Below are positions 23,397 to 36,328 of a DNA stretch of 64,000 nucleotides, one piece after another. Position numbers and translations under genes: made by a program. Below the pieces are notes generated by a model. The model searched no databases and had not been told where the DNA came from. It saw nothing but the letters and a program-made list of their open reading frames with translations. Origin of the DNA: Oikopleura dioica. Taxonomy: Eukaryota > Animalia > Chordata. Position 1 is the stretch's first letter, and each line of letters begins with the position of its first letter. Location of the stretch: assembly GCA_907165135.1 (NCBI GenBank), contig OU015566.1, positions 10,354,001-10,418,000 on the forward strand, given 5' to 3'.

Positions 23397-25989
23397 TTCA
23401 TGCAAGACGTGCTGGGCCAACTGGGCCGAAACCCGACATGTGCTGTGGACCAGAAAAACCCTACAACTCGGGCATTAAGGTAAGACCTCATTTGAATCAA
23501 TTCTAGTGCTACTGCGAAGTTAAAATTGAGAGACTTTCCGCTCAATAATTGTTTTGGGAGGGGTTTTTTTATTGAAGTTTGGATAAAAATTGACCGAAAG
23601 AAGCTTGAAAAGAGACAGTACAAAAGATACAGTAGATGGGAAACTATCTTTCTCCCGATAACCGCGTTGACCCTCGCGAGGCTCGCGAAGAATTCCAGAA
23701 AACAACAAGACGTGGGAGTGACTTTTTGCGGCTTCCAACGCGTTAAACATTGTTAGCCCTTTTTTAAAGAGACTGTTTCTTGTCAATACAACTTCGAGGT
23801 GGCAAATGGACAGAAAAAAAATCAGATTAGGAAACGTGTGTCGTTCCATCTCTCCGAGCTTGTTTCCGTAACACTGTAAATATTTAAGACGGGAACCTGT
23901 TTCGGAAACTTCCGGTGCTCTTGGGGTCTGAGCTTCTTACTTTTTTCTTTGATGAATAAGTGTCTGAAAGGAAGGGATATTACGTAAGCGCCAGCCAAGA
24001 AAGTATTTTGGGAAGCTTAGCATATAATTAGGCTCCAAATTAGCAGTTGCAACTTCCGAGATTCTCAACAAAAGGCATGTCGCTTGTCTCAAAATAAATG
24101 AAAAGGAATTCGCGACGTCGTGGCGTGTTCATTTTCACGTAATGAGCTCCACTTCATTCCTTATTTCTCAAGACTCGGAAACTTGCATAATGGAACAATG
24201 CGAGCAATGAATTATGATGAGTTGCAATTTTTCGTTCCTTGACCCTGTTAACGTCTTCTTTCGACCTAGATATGTTAAAGAAAAATTCTAGCGACATTCG
24301 TAAATACATGATGAAATATCAGAAAACACAGAATTTTGGATAATCTTTTTTGAAATCGAATCGAGACGCGAATTTCGACTTTGTTCTCTAATCCGACCCA
24401 AACGCGCGGTTTCAAAATGTTCTTGTTGAATAATCAGCGGTACTCCCTCTTGCCCTCTTTTTGAAACAACAGCGTTTTTCAGAACTATAACAAAATGATT
24501 CAGAAATGCTGCTCGAATGAAGACGAAACGATCTTTTCGGTTTGGAACTTTGTTGAAAAACCGGATCACGCCTGTTGCGACGGTTACGTGTACAACACTG
24601 TAACTCACGACTGCTGCAACAGCGAGGTCGTTAGAAAAGGAAAATCTGAGTGTGGCAAATGTGTCCTCTCGGATTGGACTAGCTGGTCTGGATGCGAAGT
24701 CGGACTCGACCCATTTGCTGGAGTCTTTTCATCTCGCGAACGGCATTTTCAAGTAAGCCTTTTCTATTTTTTACAAGACCCGTAACAGTGTTCTAGCCTC
24801 TACCTGGATACGACATTGAAGATTGCGAAGGCGAAATCGAAAACATTGAGTCCATCATCGCCGCCTCCGCCACCGAAGGCGTCTGGGCACTCTACTCTGA
24901 GGAGCATACCTGGCCCAGGGTCTACGTCGAAGAAAAACCCGACGACGAGGAGGGCGATTGTACCACTCAAATCGGTGCTCGCTTCTTGAACAAGTTCCTT
25001 CTGTCACAAGAAACTGACGCTCGTGAATACCGAGATCTCTTGATCTTGGTCGACGAGAGTACTTCCATCGGAAAGGAAAACTTTGAGATCGTGAAGCGAA
25101 CGCTTGGACTGATGATTGACAACTTGTGCGATGGAATTTCAGCTGATACGAATCGAGTCGCTATGTTGAGATACTCTTCTGATGTCAAGGAAGACCTCAA
25201 TTTCATCGATGGCTCGAACGAACCTAAAGTCATGCGAAACATCCAGCGATTGAACTACAAGCCAATCACTGACGACCGACATGGCAGTACTTACACCGCT
25301 CATGCTATGGACAAGGCCTTGAAGACCATCTTCACCTCCGAAGCCGGCTGGAGGAATGGAACAACTGAAGATGGCATCAAGGTCCGAACCGAAGTCGTGA
25401 TCATCACCGATGGCGAGAGCAACGATCCCGATGGCACATTCACCATCAAAGGTCAAAAGGTCAAATACGACGAATACGGCATCAAAGTCTACGCTCTCGG
25501 CGTCGGCGACATCCACAAGGACGAAATCCGACAACTCACAAGCATGGACGACGATTCAATCTTCTACCTCATGAGCTGGAAAGATCTCGCTGCCTTCAAC
25601 AAGATTATCGAAACTCTTATTGAAACGCACTCGGAAGAGGATCGATGCGTGCCCTTTGATGTCATGAAGGATTCAAGCTCGAAACTCAGCCGAGTCCAGT
25701 GGATCGAGGAGAAGGAAAAACTGCACAAGCCTGACTTTCCAATCAGCTCAAAGTCGCTTGATGATATTGTCCTGATGTCACGGTAGTCCTTGTTGATTTC
25801 TTACAAATATGATAAAATCATTTTAGAGCAAACTTCAAAGCTGAACAGCGAGAAAAGAAGATAGAGCAAAGACGTCAGCTCTTGAAAACGAACCGCGAAC
25901 AGAACCGAATCCAGAGAACAAGACAAGAGGAGGAAGAGATCGAGGACATCGACGAAATCTCATATTTCCGATCATTGCCCGGACGCTAA
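23397..25989 (+). CDS. Extracellular protein with di-Cys (galaxin-like) repeats, a TSP1-like motif and a VWA domain; 5' end unresolved
   Basis: Exons 23397-23479, 24483-24750, about 24797-25782 and 25827-25989: CCGPEKPYN..KCCSN..HACCDGYVYNTVTHDCCN; CVLSDWTSWSGC; VWA LLILVDESTSIG (MIDAS DxSxS), VAMLRYS, VIITDGES, VYALGVG. Confidence 0.85.
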
Positions 25990-27439
25990 ACGGAACCCTA
26001 AAAATAACAAAGCAAGCAATTCCTATGCATAAATTGCTTCTTTGAAAGAAATAATGTAAATTGTATAAAATTGAAAAACATGAACCTACGTTGCAAATAC
26101 TTCAAAAAGACTTCAAACTGATTCCAGCTGATAAAAAGAAGGTAACTATCTCTATTCATAAAAAAATAAAAAGTTCAATTCAAGAATCAGTGATTCAAGA
26201 CGTCCTCTATTTTGAAAATTGCGATGATAAAAGTTCTATAGAAAAAGAATCATCGCAATTTTCATAAAATCTGATGTCTTGAATCGTCATATTTTTACGA
26301 TAAAAATTTTATTACACATTATACAAACCATAATCAACAATCTTTTCAGAGATTCTTCGCCATGTAATTATTTTGTACATAATTGTCGTTATCGATGCAA
26401 ATGTCTCGAACCACACGGATGAACCAGATCCGGGAGTGCCAAACCTACTGCGAATACGAAAAAACGAATGCAGTCATGCGAGCAATAGCGAAAACTGGAT
26501 CATGCCGCTCTTCAATCCTGCAGAAGCTGCCGCTGCCCAACGCAAAATATTGTCCATGATGAAAAATAATAGCCAAAATATTGTTATCAAAACGCTTTTC
26601 CTGAACTGACCATGCGGTGTTACACAACTGACTTACGACCTCTGGTCGAATAAAATAAAATTGAACAAACAACCAAATATATTCGTTTTGTCTTTGTCGA
26701 GCAGTCGTTTATTTCATGCATGAGAACTCATGATTCTATACATTTTTACTATCGTTAGTAACGATTCGTTACAAGATAAGTCGTCGTTAGAACTCCCTAT
26801 CGGAGTTTCGAATTCTGAATTGGCAATTCAAAGTTTCCCTCTCACACATTCTAAAAAACAAGTTCGTCACCGATATAAATTGCCGGTAAGGACGCACGAA
26901 ACACACCAGAGCGTATACAATATCCTTACGCACATTGTTCCACGAAAGTAATTATTTGCTGAGTTTTAGAATTTTTTACCAGCCCCACGATTTAACAAGT
27001 AATTTCGTAAAAAGACGGCGTCATATGTTGTAAGAGTATCCTGCTCTCTGTCAAACTTACGGAAGTATTCCACCCGCTCATCCCTGACAGGGCCTACTTG
27101 ATTTAGGCTTGATTTTCGCGCAACATGTTCCTCGAATGGCACAGTAATTTACCTCTGCCACTCGTCAGCGTTTCTAGATAAACCTCTTTTAGTTTTATGC
27201 AAAAAACATTCAAGCTACTGTTGATTTTAACGAGAATGAAATTCCTTGCTAGACTTTTACTGCTCTGCAAATTTTACTCATCTGTCGGATATCGCCTTGT
27301 TAGGGGATTCTGAAAAGGATTATGCTCTTGAACTTTTTTGGTGAAAGTGGCACGTTGAAAGGTTATTTGTACTTGGTATTATCTTCTCAATTCTTGTCAG
27401 ATTACCGTAGATTCCTTTTTATTATGCCATTACTCAAAT

Positions 27440-28267
27440 TAGTGAAATCATAGAGAATCCCAAAATAGATGAATACAATCTTGAGATCGAGCCAATCTTC
27501 CTGTCCGAGCCAGAGCAAGTGAAAGTTCTAGGAGAAGAGCTAATAAAAAGGGTAAATTTATAGATCAAGATCGACACAAAGAACATTTAGGGATGGATCA
27601 ATGACTTCACTTGGGGCGAGTTCATCATCAGGCAGCTGTTTGTCTTCGGCCGCATAATTGTTATTATGTTTGTGTTCGTAATTGCCTTACCATTTTTATG
27701 CTACCAATGCTGCCTCCAAGCCAAGGAGATCAAGGAACAGGTCGTATTTTTGTTTGTGTTTACTTTACACATTGTTCTCAGAATATCATTCTCGCCGGCA
27801 ATAAAAGTCTTAGGTATAGCTTTTATATTCGACTTTAAAAACACAATAAAAAAGGAATTCTCAATTTTAAGATCGTTTCAGAATGATTTTATTTGATCTC
27901 TTCGTGAGCATTAATTTGTGCATAATTGAGATTAATTTTTTTTAATTGAGCTGATTTATGCATAATATTGAAGCTTATTTGAACGTTGTAGAAAGCAATT
28001 TAGTGGAAATCGAAAGTCATAAAAAACGTTATCTAAAATACAATATTTCGACCTGAAATCAAGGAAGAGTTAGAACAAGCACAACAAGAAGCGATGGAAG
28101 CAGCTTTCAAGCAAGGAGAACAGTACATTGAAAAATTCGAGAAACACACTGGCAAAAACGACAAACTGCGAAAGAAATTCGAAGATATGAAGGCTAAGTG
28201 GATGCCAGAGAAGAAAGAAGTATCTTTCACACATTTAGCTTCTACTTCTGATTCCGACGCTGTTTGA
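27440..28267 (+). CDS. Putative single-pass membrane protein of unknown family
   Basis: Exon join EELIKR|GWINDFTWGEFIIRQLFVFGRIIVIMFVFVIALPFLCYQCCLQAKEIKEQ followed by a charged coiled-coil-like last exon ending TGA at 28265-28267; start not identified. Confidence 0.4.
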
Positions 28268-30177
28268 AATTCTTTTTTATACATAAATAAATACTTAGAA
28301 AAAATATGATACGTATTGAATAAAAATACTCTTAGAAACACTTATCCGGTTGTTCAATTGAAAGAAAAAAAAAGTTTTATTTGAGAACATCGATAAACTA
28401 TCAATAAAAGTAAGAAGAAAAAATATTTTCTATCATCGAATATATGTACATGACGCAGGAGGTACCAGGTATTTGTTCAGTGTCAATTCGAAGAAAAATA
28501 ATCATAAGGATGATTAATTATTAAACTGGCTGTCGAGAACATTTAATATTTTTTTTTTAACTTTTGAGTATTGAAAATAATGAAAAAAAATTCTCAGGTC
28601 CACGAATTCATATGTCTTCTATGAAACTGTATTTGAAAGGTTCAAAGGTAAAAGTTTTAATTCAAAGTGTCAAATAATCGATAAATTTCCTTTATTTATG
28701 ACTCACAAATTATGAGCATGAAATCTACTAAAAAAGTCGAAGAATTTAGTGACATAACAGTAATGTATCTGGTCATATGATAGTATGAGATCTTTTCCAG
28801 TTAGCAGACCTAACTTGGGCCGGTTAAAATAAGGAAGAAATGAAGTTAGTCATCGGACTCGTAAACTCGTTCCATAAATAGCTATGGAGAAAGTTCCAAC
28901 TCGCTGCTAGTCTGGTGGCGCTGCACATTTCCAGATAAAACTTCTCAAATAGAGTGTTTCAGTCAGAAGTTCTGACTGAGAACAAGTCCGATACAACTTT
29001 GAACACTTTTCAGAATCTGTTGATCACAAGATGTCCGTTGTTTTGACGGCCTTACGCATATGTCTAACGCTAAGTGGGGTCCACGCGATCCATTCTCGGA
29101 ACAAATTTATAAACTACCACGAATTCGAAGGATTTTGGACAGACAGCAAAGCGACTTGCAGGAGTTTTGCAAAGGAAGCGATGCGAATTCAAATGGTCCA
29201 AGGGAGTTTTATGATTCCAGGAAGAAAAGGTGGTGTCTACTGTTTCCCGCTGAGCAGACTGGTGTCGAGAATTCGCGGCGTCGAGACGGAACTTATCGAC
29301 AATTCAAGACATTATAGGTAAATTGAAGCCATTAATAATGATAAAGCTATATATTTATTCAACGAATCGCAGGCATGTCAGGTTTTTATCTTATTTTTGA
29401 TGTGCTTTCGCGAGAGGAGTTTTATGGTGTAGCGTTATAACGAATAAAACGATCTTCTTTCGAACCGACATTTTGAGAATTTATATTCACCAATTTTCCT
29501 CTTATAATATTAAATGATCCGCGTCAAATGTTCACATAAAAAGAGAGCATGAATATTAGAATTCAATTAAGTTATTGAAGTTCTCATTTTATTTTTAGTA
29601 ATTTTCTCCAACCGCAACTCCCCATCGCGTCAACCGAGAAGAACATCAATAAAAGATCGTTTGTCATTTCTTTTGGGAGTCTCCGTTCTTCGCATAGATA
29701 CTGCAAACTACTCATGATGGCTGCGGGTTACCAGCATTATATCTTCAAATCATCGACGAGAATATGCTCAATATTCAATGAAGATAGCAACGTCTAGTCA
29801 GCAAAAAGCCATGAGCAATTAGTTAAAATTTGTAAAGAGACCTTGTTGATAGTTATGTTTTATATATGGACGGGCAGTTATTCAATAACTGTAATTTTGC
29901 TTTTTTTCTGTTGTCTGTTTTCTACTACATTTCCTTAATAAAAATTAAGTACTGAATTTATAATGCGAACAATGTGATCCACGAAAAAATTGATTTCTCA
30001 ACGTTTTAGAATGTTCCAAGCTAGAACGATGGCGGAAGCGATTAGCGAGATCTAAATATATCAAATAAAGAGTTATTTTGAGACTGAATTTTCTTATTGA
30101 GAATACGCGTTTATTCTTAAAATAACGATTTCTATGGAGCCTTTCGACTGTGAACGAAATGAACTTAGAATGGTCTT

Positions 30178-30363
30178 AAAATTCGGCCACCCTCATTTTA
30201 GGTTAGTGTTAGGGAGGTTTCAAGGGGGCGAAGCCCCCTAGGTTAGGCCTTAGGGTTAGGAACTGCGTACTTTTACCCACGGGGGGTCCCGGGGGGCGAA
30301 GCCCCCGGGTTAGGAGTAGGGTTAGGAAAAATAAAAAAATCATATTATACTTGGCCGAATTTT
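30178..30363. mobile_element. About 186-bp MITE with GGGGC-GAA-GCCCC hairpins and TTAGG(G) words
   Basis: 12-bp IR AAAATTCGGCCA / TGGCCGAATTTT (possibly AATT TSD plus CGGCCA TIR); two GGGGGCGAAGCCCCC hairpins; several (G)TTAGG(G) words. Confidence 0.75.
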
Positions 30364-30819
30364 GTGGTCATACTACCGAAATGAAACGGCTAAGAGTCGA
30401 GATGGAAGAACTCGCTAATTATAACATATCAGAATATTCATTCGAATAGTATAATTTCTCTCTGATGCTCAAATTGAGCGCAAATTGAATGGAATAAATT
30501 GTTATATTATCGATGTTCACTTGAGGTTCGGTGTCCGACGTACAATTTTCAATTTTCAAGCAATAACAATGTTCTAATAGCACATAGCTAACGTCTACAA
30601 TTTGCGGAATATTTTGCTATAAATGGACTTCAAACACGCAGAGAACTTATTTATTTGAGCGTTTTATCTTATGGAGTGTCTGAATTCTTCGTATGAATGA
30701 CCTTGTTCGTTCTTGTTCATGGAGATTTTCCGGCTAATCTGTGTGCAAATGTCAAGCAAGAGCTTGCCCGTCTTGTGATCAAGCCTAGAATTTCAGTAAA
30801 ACAACGTTCAAAAATTGGA

Positions 30820-32853
30820 ATGAAGAGCTACTTTTTATATCTCTCCCTCAGTGGAGCATCTCTTACGAGTTCGAAGAGCAAGAGAACGAATCTAAGCAGA
30901 TGGATGACAGATCTACCCGATGCCGTAAGAGAAAGATCGATTCTAGAGCTTGCTATTCCCGGGTCACATGATTCGTTTGCTTATACACTAGACAAAAAAG
31001 CTCCGTTTTCTCAGAACTCAGAAGGACTCGATGATATTTTCGATCAAATCGGAATCGACAAAGTTGATGAAATCGCTAAGGTACTATACTCTTGTTTGCG
31101 AAAACCATCATAGATTAAGGAGATCACTTACAACTGGGCAATAACTCAGATCCTCACGACTCAAGAGCAGCTCGAAGCTGGTATCAGATACTTCGACTAC
31201 AGAACGATGCCCCTTCGACCCAGTCGGGAAGAAGTATACAATGCTCATTCACTTTATGGACCGTCAACAGAATATGAGATGATGCAGATTTGGAGCTTCC
31301 TTCGAGATAATCCCGGAGAGCTAGTTATCGTCAATTTCAACCACTTCTATGACATGGATCAAAAACACTACGACTGGCTTGAAGAACATCTACGAACCCT
31401 TTTTGGAGGTATTTCAGGCTGGCAGACTTTCGAATCAAGAGATAAGGCATTTATCTAAAAAAATTTATACCAAGTTTGAGACGTAGTATTTCCACTACGA
31501 CACAAGAAAAACTCAATTGATCTTAAGATAAGATTTGCGATATTCCAGAAGACCCGCTCTCAACCTTATCATTCAACGATATAAAAGCGACTAACTGTAA
31601 CGTCATCATTCTATATGGAAGTTCTATCAGGCCAGACTGGTGATACGGCCTAATTCTTCGGCTTGGAGGCCGAAGGATTGATGCGTGTAAGAACACTGAT
31701 TCTTCGGCATAAACCGAAGAATGAGTGATAAAAGATGCACTGATTCTTCGGCTAAGATAAATTAATTCACAGATTCCTGTGCCCCTAACCACGGGGCTCC
31801 GCCCCTTAGGTCCTAAAATGCCGGGGTCTAGTCTATGGTTACTTAGGGTTACCGAAGGGTGAGTTAGTTCTGTCATTTTGCCCAGTGCCCCCTAACACTA
31901 ACCTCAAATCATAGAAAGTACTTATTGCTAAAATGTGTTTTTTTCTAGAAAATGCCTTTTTTCATAAGTGATGACTCATAGATTGCAATCAAAGATTTAT
32001 CAAAAGAATTTTGATAATGGCTTCTAGAAAATTTGCCGAAGAATCACTGTCAATTTTATCATTAATACTTCGGTTCAAGGCAATTCTCAATTAGCCGAAG
32101 AATCAGTGTTATTGAAAGCATCAATTCTTCGGCCTTGCCGAAGAATCAGCCCATACCACGGCCAGACTTTGCCTGGAACAAGGGCTCAAATCTTTCTGAT
32201 CCATGGCTGAATAAACAAGATAAGGAAAGTTTGTTTTCTGGGTTGGATTCTAATTTGGAAAAAGGTAATCAGTACCTAGAATTCGGATTCTTCATTTACT
32301 CGTAGGTCGACCTTTGGATAAATTCTACGGCTCTCAAGCTTTACTGACTGCAGGAAGGGATATTTATTTAAGGTTAAGGGATCCCCCCTGTTTTTTCAAG
32401 TACTTGATAAGGGTCTATATTTGATATTTTTAGATTCCTCGAGTTCTGAGAATCATTTTGATGTATCATATGACCCATTTTCAAACATCTTTCCCCAAAA
32501 TATAAGCCTTCAAAGATATTGAAAATGCATGTAAATTGTACTTAGCGTAAATTGGTCTAAGATTCTCTATTTTTTTCTATCATAATTTATAAAAAGACGT
32601 ATGAATATCCTCTTTCTTTGATGCCGAAGTGATTGCGAAGAATTTACTATGTGAGTCCTTGAAATGCCTTCAACTGTGGGCGTTTTACTATTTAGGGAGC
32701 CTCTATGAGTGGCAGAAGCCAATGCTAGAAGATGTGAACGAGTGGGTCGCTCGGCAAGAGATCGACATCACACATGGCATAAACATTGTTCTGCGGGACT
32801 ACGTTGATGAAGAGTTCTCCCTTGCTGTAATTGCGAAGAATTTTTATCAATAA
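30820..32853 (+). CDS. PLCXD: PI-PLC X domain-containing protein
   Basis: WMTDLP..ILELAIPGSHDSF, WAITQ..QLEAGIRYFDYR, HSLYG, GELVIVNFNHFY, C-terminal GINIVLRDYV; exon 3 interrupted by a TIR element; 3' exon boundaries partly unresolved. Confidence 0.9.
31639..32160. mobile_element. About 520-bp non-autonomous TIR element (hAT- or MULE-type) inside a PLCXD coding exon
   Basis: Direct repeat GGCCAGACT at 31630-31638 and 32160-32168 (8-9 bp TSD); imperfect 23-bp TIR GTGATACGGCCTAATTCTTCGGC versus GTGGTATGGGCTGATTCTTCGGC (19/23); three subterminal ATTCTTCGGC on the left and three GCCGAAGAAT on the right. Confidence 0.92.
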
Positions 32854-32999
32854 AAATTGAATGTTCTAAAAGTATCCCAAGTAGAACTAAACAACACTGT
32901 CTCTTTCCCAATTTGTCAAGCAGACAGTGTCTTCAATAGGTTCATCGTTATGACGAAAACATATCAAAGGTTTCTTGTCAAGACTTAACTTCGAAATTA

Positions 33000-34493
33000 T
33001 CAAAGAGTATATTTATCTAAAGAATGGTAAATCGTCTTCCACATCGTTGATTCTGTTTCGGAACGCTTCTAACTCGCGTCCTTCCCAATGACCAGAAAAT
33101 TTAGACAGGCGTTCCATTATTTTGTCGAGTATTTTCTGAAGGCTATTATCAATTTGCTGTTTCATATTTTCTTACCTTTTCAGTAGGAGTCAATGGAGTA
33201 GTTGCGTTCTTGATGTTTTCCTCAAGCTCAGATGGTCGGGCAGTTCCACAGAGGACGATGTCTCCATCAATTTCATCCAGCGAGTATCTCAAAGCAAGGC
33301 GAGAAATGTCAATATTTTCTGCGTTGCAAAGTTCGATGCAAGCTTTGATTTCCTCCTACAAGAAAATTTGATATTGGAAAAAGTACCGATAAAATCAACC
33401 TTGAGTTCATCTTGAGCAGGGTGCCACGGTTGTGGGCCATCCTTGCGGAAGAGTCCCATGGCAATTGGACTCGCATTGACAACAGCGATGCCGCGATCTT
33501 TCCAATCGGGGAGATACTTTGACAGGTCTTGGTTAGCCATGCTTCCACGAGTGTAGCCTGAGTTCATCAACAAGTTGCTCAGAAGTGAACCTCACCTAAG
33601 ACAAGGTCGATTTTGACCGTCGACTTCTTGATGATCTCATCGAGAACTGCAAGAGGATACCCTGTAACTCCAGTAAACTTTGCTTTTCCAGCTTTTTTGA
33701 CTTTTTCAAGCGCAGGCAAAGTCTCGTTGAGAATGATATCGATATTTGGAGCAAACTCGCAGTCGTGCACTTGAATAATGTCGACGTAATCAAGTCCGAG
33801 AAGTTTGAGAGACTCATCAACTGGAAAATTGACACTGGTTTTAGAATGGTAGCGTTTTCAAACCTGAAGCAAGTGCGCGATCATGCGAAAAATCAAACAT
33901 CTTCTTCGGGTCTGTCTCGTATCGAGCAACTTTGGTAGCGATCACGAATTTTTCCCGAGGAATGTCAGGTAGAAATTTGCCGAGCATGGCTTCCGATTTC
34001 CCCTGGCCGTACCAAGGAGCTGTGTCGATGTAAAGCGGCCCATGTTCAAGAGCTAAACATAATTTACAAAAGCTATTATCGAATTGTAGAGGGACCATTT
34101 TTAAGTGTAGCTTCACAATCATCAGTGGACACCCCACCGTAACAAGAACCGAATGGTGATGCACCTAGCCCTTTTAATGGTTTATTTTCAAGGATTCTAA
34201 CTTATCACACATAAAATTTCTTTTACTGTTTATCATTCGATTCAAACCAAATCTAGTTGCTGGACTTTCAGTCCCGTTTTTCCGAGCTCTACTATCTTCA
34301 TTCTCTTATTTTCACTGTAATACCCTTTGATTTATGTCCCAAATAGAATATCCCAGGGCAAAGTCATACCTTTATTCAACGTTTCGCCACACTCCTTCTC
34401 ATTAGTCTCGCCGTAAATGGACCCAAATGGACCTGCGCCAAGACCAAGTTTTTGCACTTTTATGCCGGTTTTGCCCAGCTCAACGATCTCCAT
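33000..34493 (-). CDS. Aldo-keto reductase, L-galactose/D-arabinose dehydrogenase-like
   Basis: MEIVELGKTGIKVQKLGLGAGPFG, YIDTAPWYGQGKSE, IATKVARY, LGLDYVDIIQVHDCEF, ETLPALEKVKKAGKAKFTGVTGYPL, NASPIAMGL; 6 exons, GT-AG. Confidence 0.92.
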
Positions 34494-34709
34494 TCTTCTC
34501 TGATGTGAAGTAAAAGGGGCGGAAGTTGCTTGCTCTATTGGCTCCCAGGGGCAGTTTGTTTGCTAAGGTCAACATAATTCAAAAACCGCAGAGAACGTGC
34601 ACTTCAGAATCAGATCCTTATTTGATCTTGTTATGCAGGACCTGCTCTTTTCAGCGCAAATTTAGCAGTTTTTCTTTATTGAAAGTAGAACTTTGAACTT
34701 TAAGAATTT

Positions 34710-35361
34710 TTAATCAGTTCCACATAGTCCATAATCAGCAGTATCCACTTCAATATACAGTTGTCCTTCATTACCATCGTTAAAATCATACTTGTAAATA
34801 ACTGCTTCTTCATCTTCTATCATCGCCATATCGAACTGTAACTCTTCTTCGAGGTCGTCATCTCTTTTTATTGAGTTTTAATGACTGTGAAAATTGGAGA
34901 GAGAGAGCGCGATAAAACTCCGTTCCTTAGATAGGCTTCCTCATAAAAGTCCCCTAATTCATGCGACAGTCGTTCCTCTTCAGAAGAATCCAAAAATATT
35001 TTCAGTTGATTTGAGTTCGCAGATCCTACGAATGCCTTTCAAGCTTCAGTATAAGTTCTTAAAAACCTGATGAATCCGAGTCTGCTCCGTCGGAACTCAA
35101 ATCGCTGATGCTATCCAATGCATTATCAATGGCGTCGTCGGAGTCTTCCTCATTTTCCCTACCACTATCGTCGGATCCCCCGTCTGAGCCTTCCGAGTGA
35201 TCATCATTCTTTCCGTCTTGATTCTTTCCTCTTTCTGACTTTCTCAACCCGAAAATCTTCCTCGCAAGCCATCTGTCAAAGTTGGCAAGGTACTGTGTCA
35301 GCTTTTCCTTACAATCACAGCCACACGAGCACATGCATCTCTGAGCATTTGAATGAGCCAT
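34710..35361 (-). CDS. Small acidic low-complexity hypothetical protein
   Basis: ORF 35059-35361 (CMCSCGCDC then D/S-rich) plus downstream acidic exon-like blocks ending TAA at about 34710. Confidence 0.4.
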
Positions 35362-36328
35362 TTTGAATTTTTATTTCGTGTGTTTTTCGCTTTTTTCATA
35401 TTGATTCCATGTGATTGCCTTTTGGAACATTAGATTCCTTGTTAATATTCATTCAAAAGGGCGAGGAAACGAAACCTGCGGTAATTACTGTCAAAGGGCA
35501 AGCGAATAATATTTTTAATACAGTTGTTATTTCACTCGTACTCGGCTAACCTGTCGAGCTAATTTCATAAATAAAAAGAAGTTTAAAGAAGTTTATGGTG
35601 TGAAGAATCTTTCCCGAGGAGAGGCTATTATCTACTCCGTAATCGTTCTAAAATGGAATATTTATACTCGTCATAAAATATGGATCAGAAAACTTCAAAG
35701 GTGCTTTCTAAAGTCTGCTAGTAACTGATGTCTAATCTCCTTGCAATTTTTTCTATCTTCAAGCTCAAGATCGCAACGTCATCGATACTGTTTTCGAAGT
35801 GAGTAAAAAAGGGAAAACCTAAATGAGCTCCCTAGCTCTGGGCCCTTCCCCGGGAGTTCATTTTGTTTTTATCTTTTGAAAAAAAAATTGAAAATCGCGT
35901 TCCTTCAATCATTGATTGGCAATCAGAGAAATCCTTCTAGAACAACGTGAAAATATCACGTAGGGACAGTGTATGAAGAGCTTTCAATAGATTATTTTTT
36001 GAGAGCAAAGTGATATTGGGAATTTTATATCCTTCTGCCAAAAATATCCCCATTAAATTTATTTTTCCTGGGCATTGGAGATATTTTTGGAATTAATTGT
36101 TTTTCAGGTCAATGATTTGGAACTCGTTTTATCCCTTTCTTTTGCAGGTTCTCAATGCATAAGATTTCCCTTTTTAGCACATTTTCCTTCTGTATACTCA
36201 CTTTTCAAACACAGTCATCCGACGGACGTGTTGCATACTAATTTCTTCTCCAATATTTGATTTGACATCTGCATTAATTCAGACTTGTTGAACCAGATCA
36301 ATCTTGTTTCTGAATAGAAACGGGCAAG

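Noticed and set aside
29031-29321. Two overlapping plus-strand ORFs (85 and 96 aa)
   Set aside because: No recognisable motif and no way to choose a frame; left unannotated
31640-32165. Canonical GT (TIR) to AG (TSD) splicing of the PLCXD insertion
   Set aside because: It yields GAC TG|A, an in-frame stop; only the alternative junctions listed in the finding keep frame
32354-32700. Possible further GA donor in PLCXD after QALLTA
   Set aside because: Several competing donors and acceptors (including a GT at about 32371) fit; cannot be resolved without cDNA
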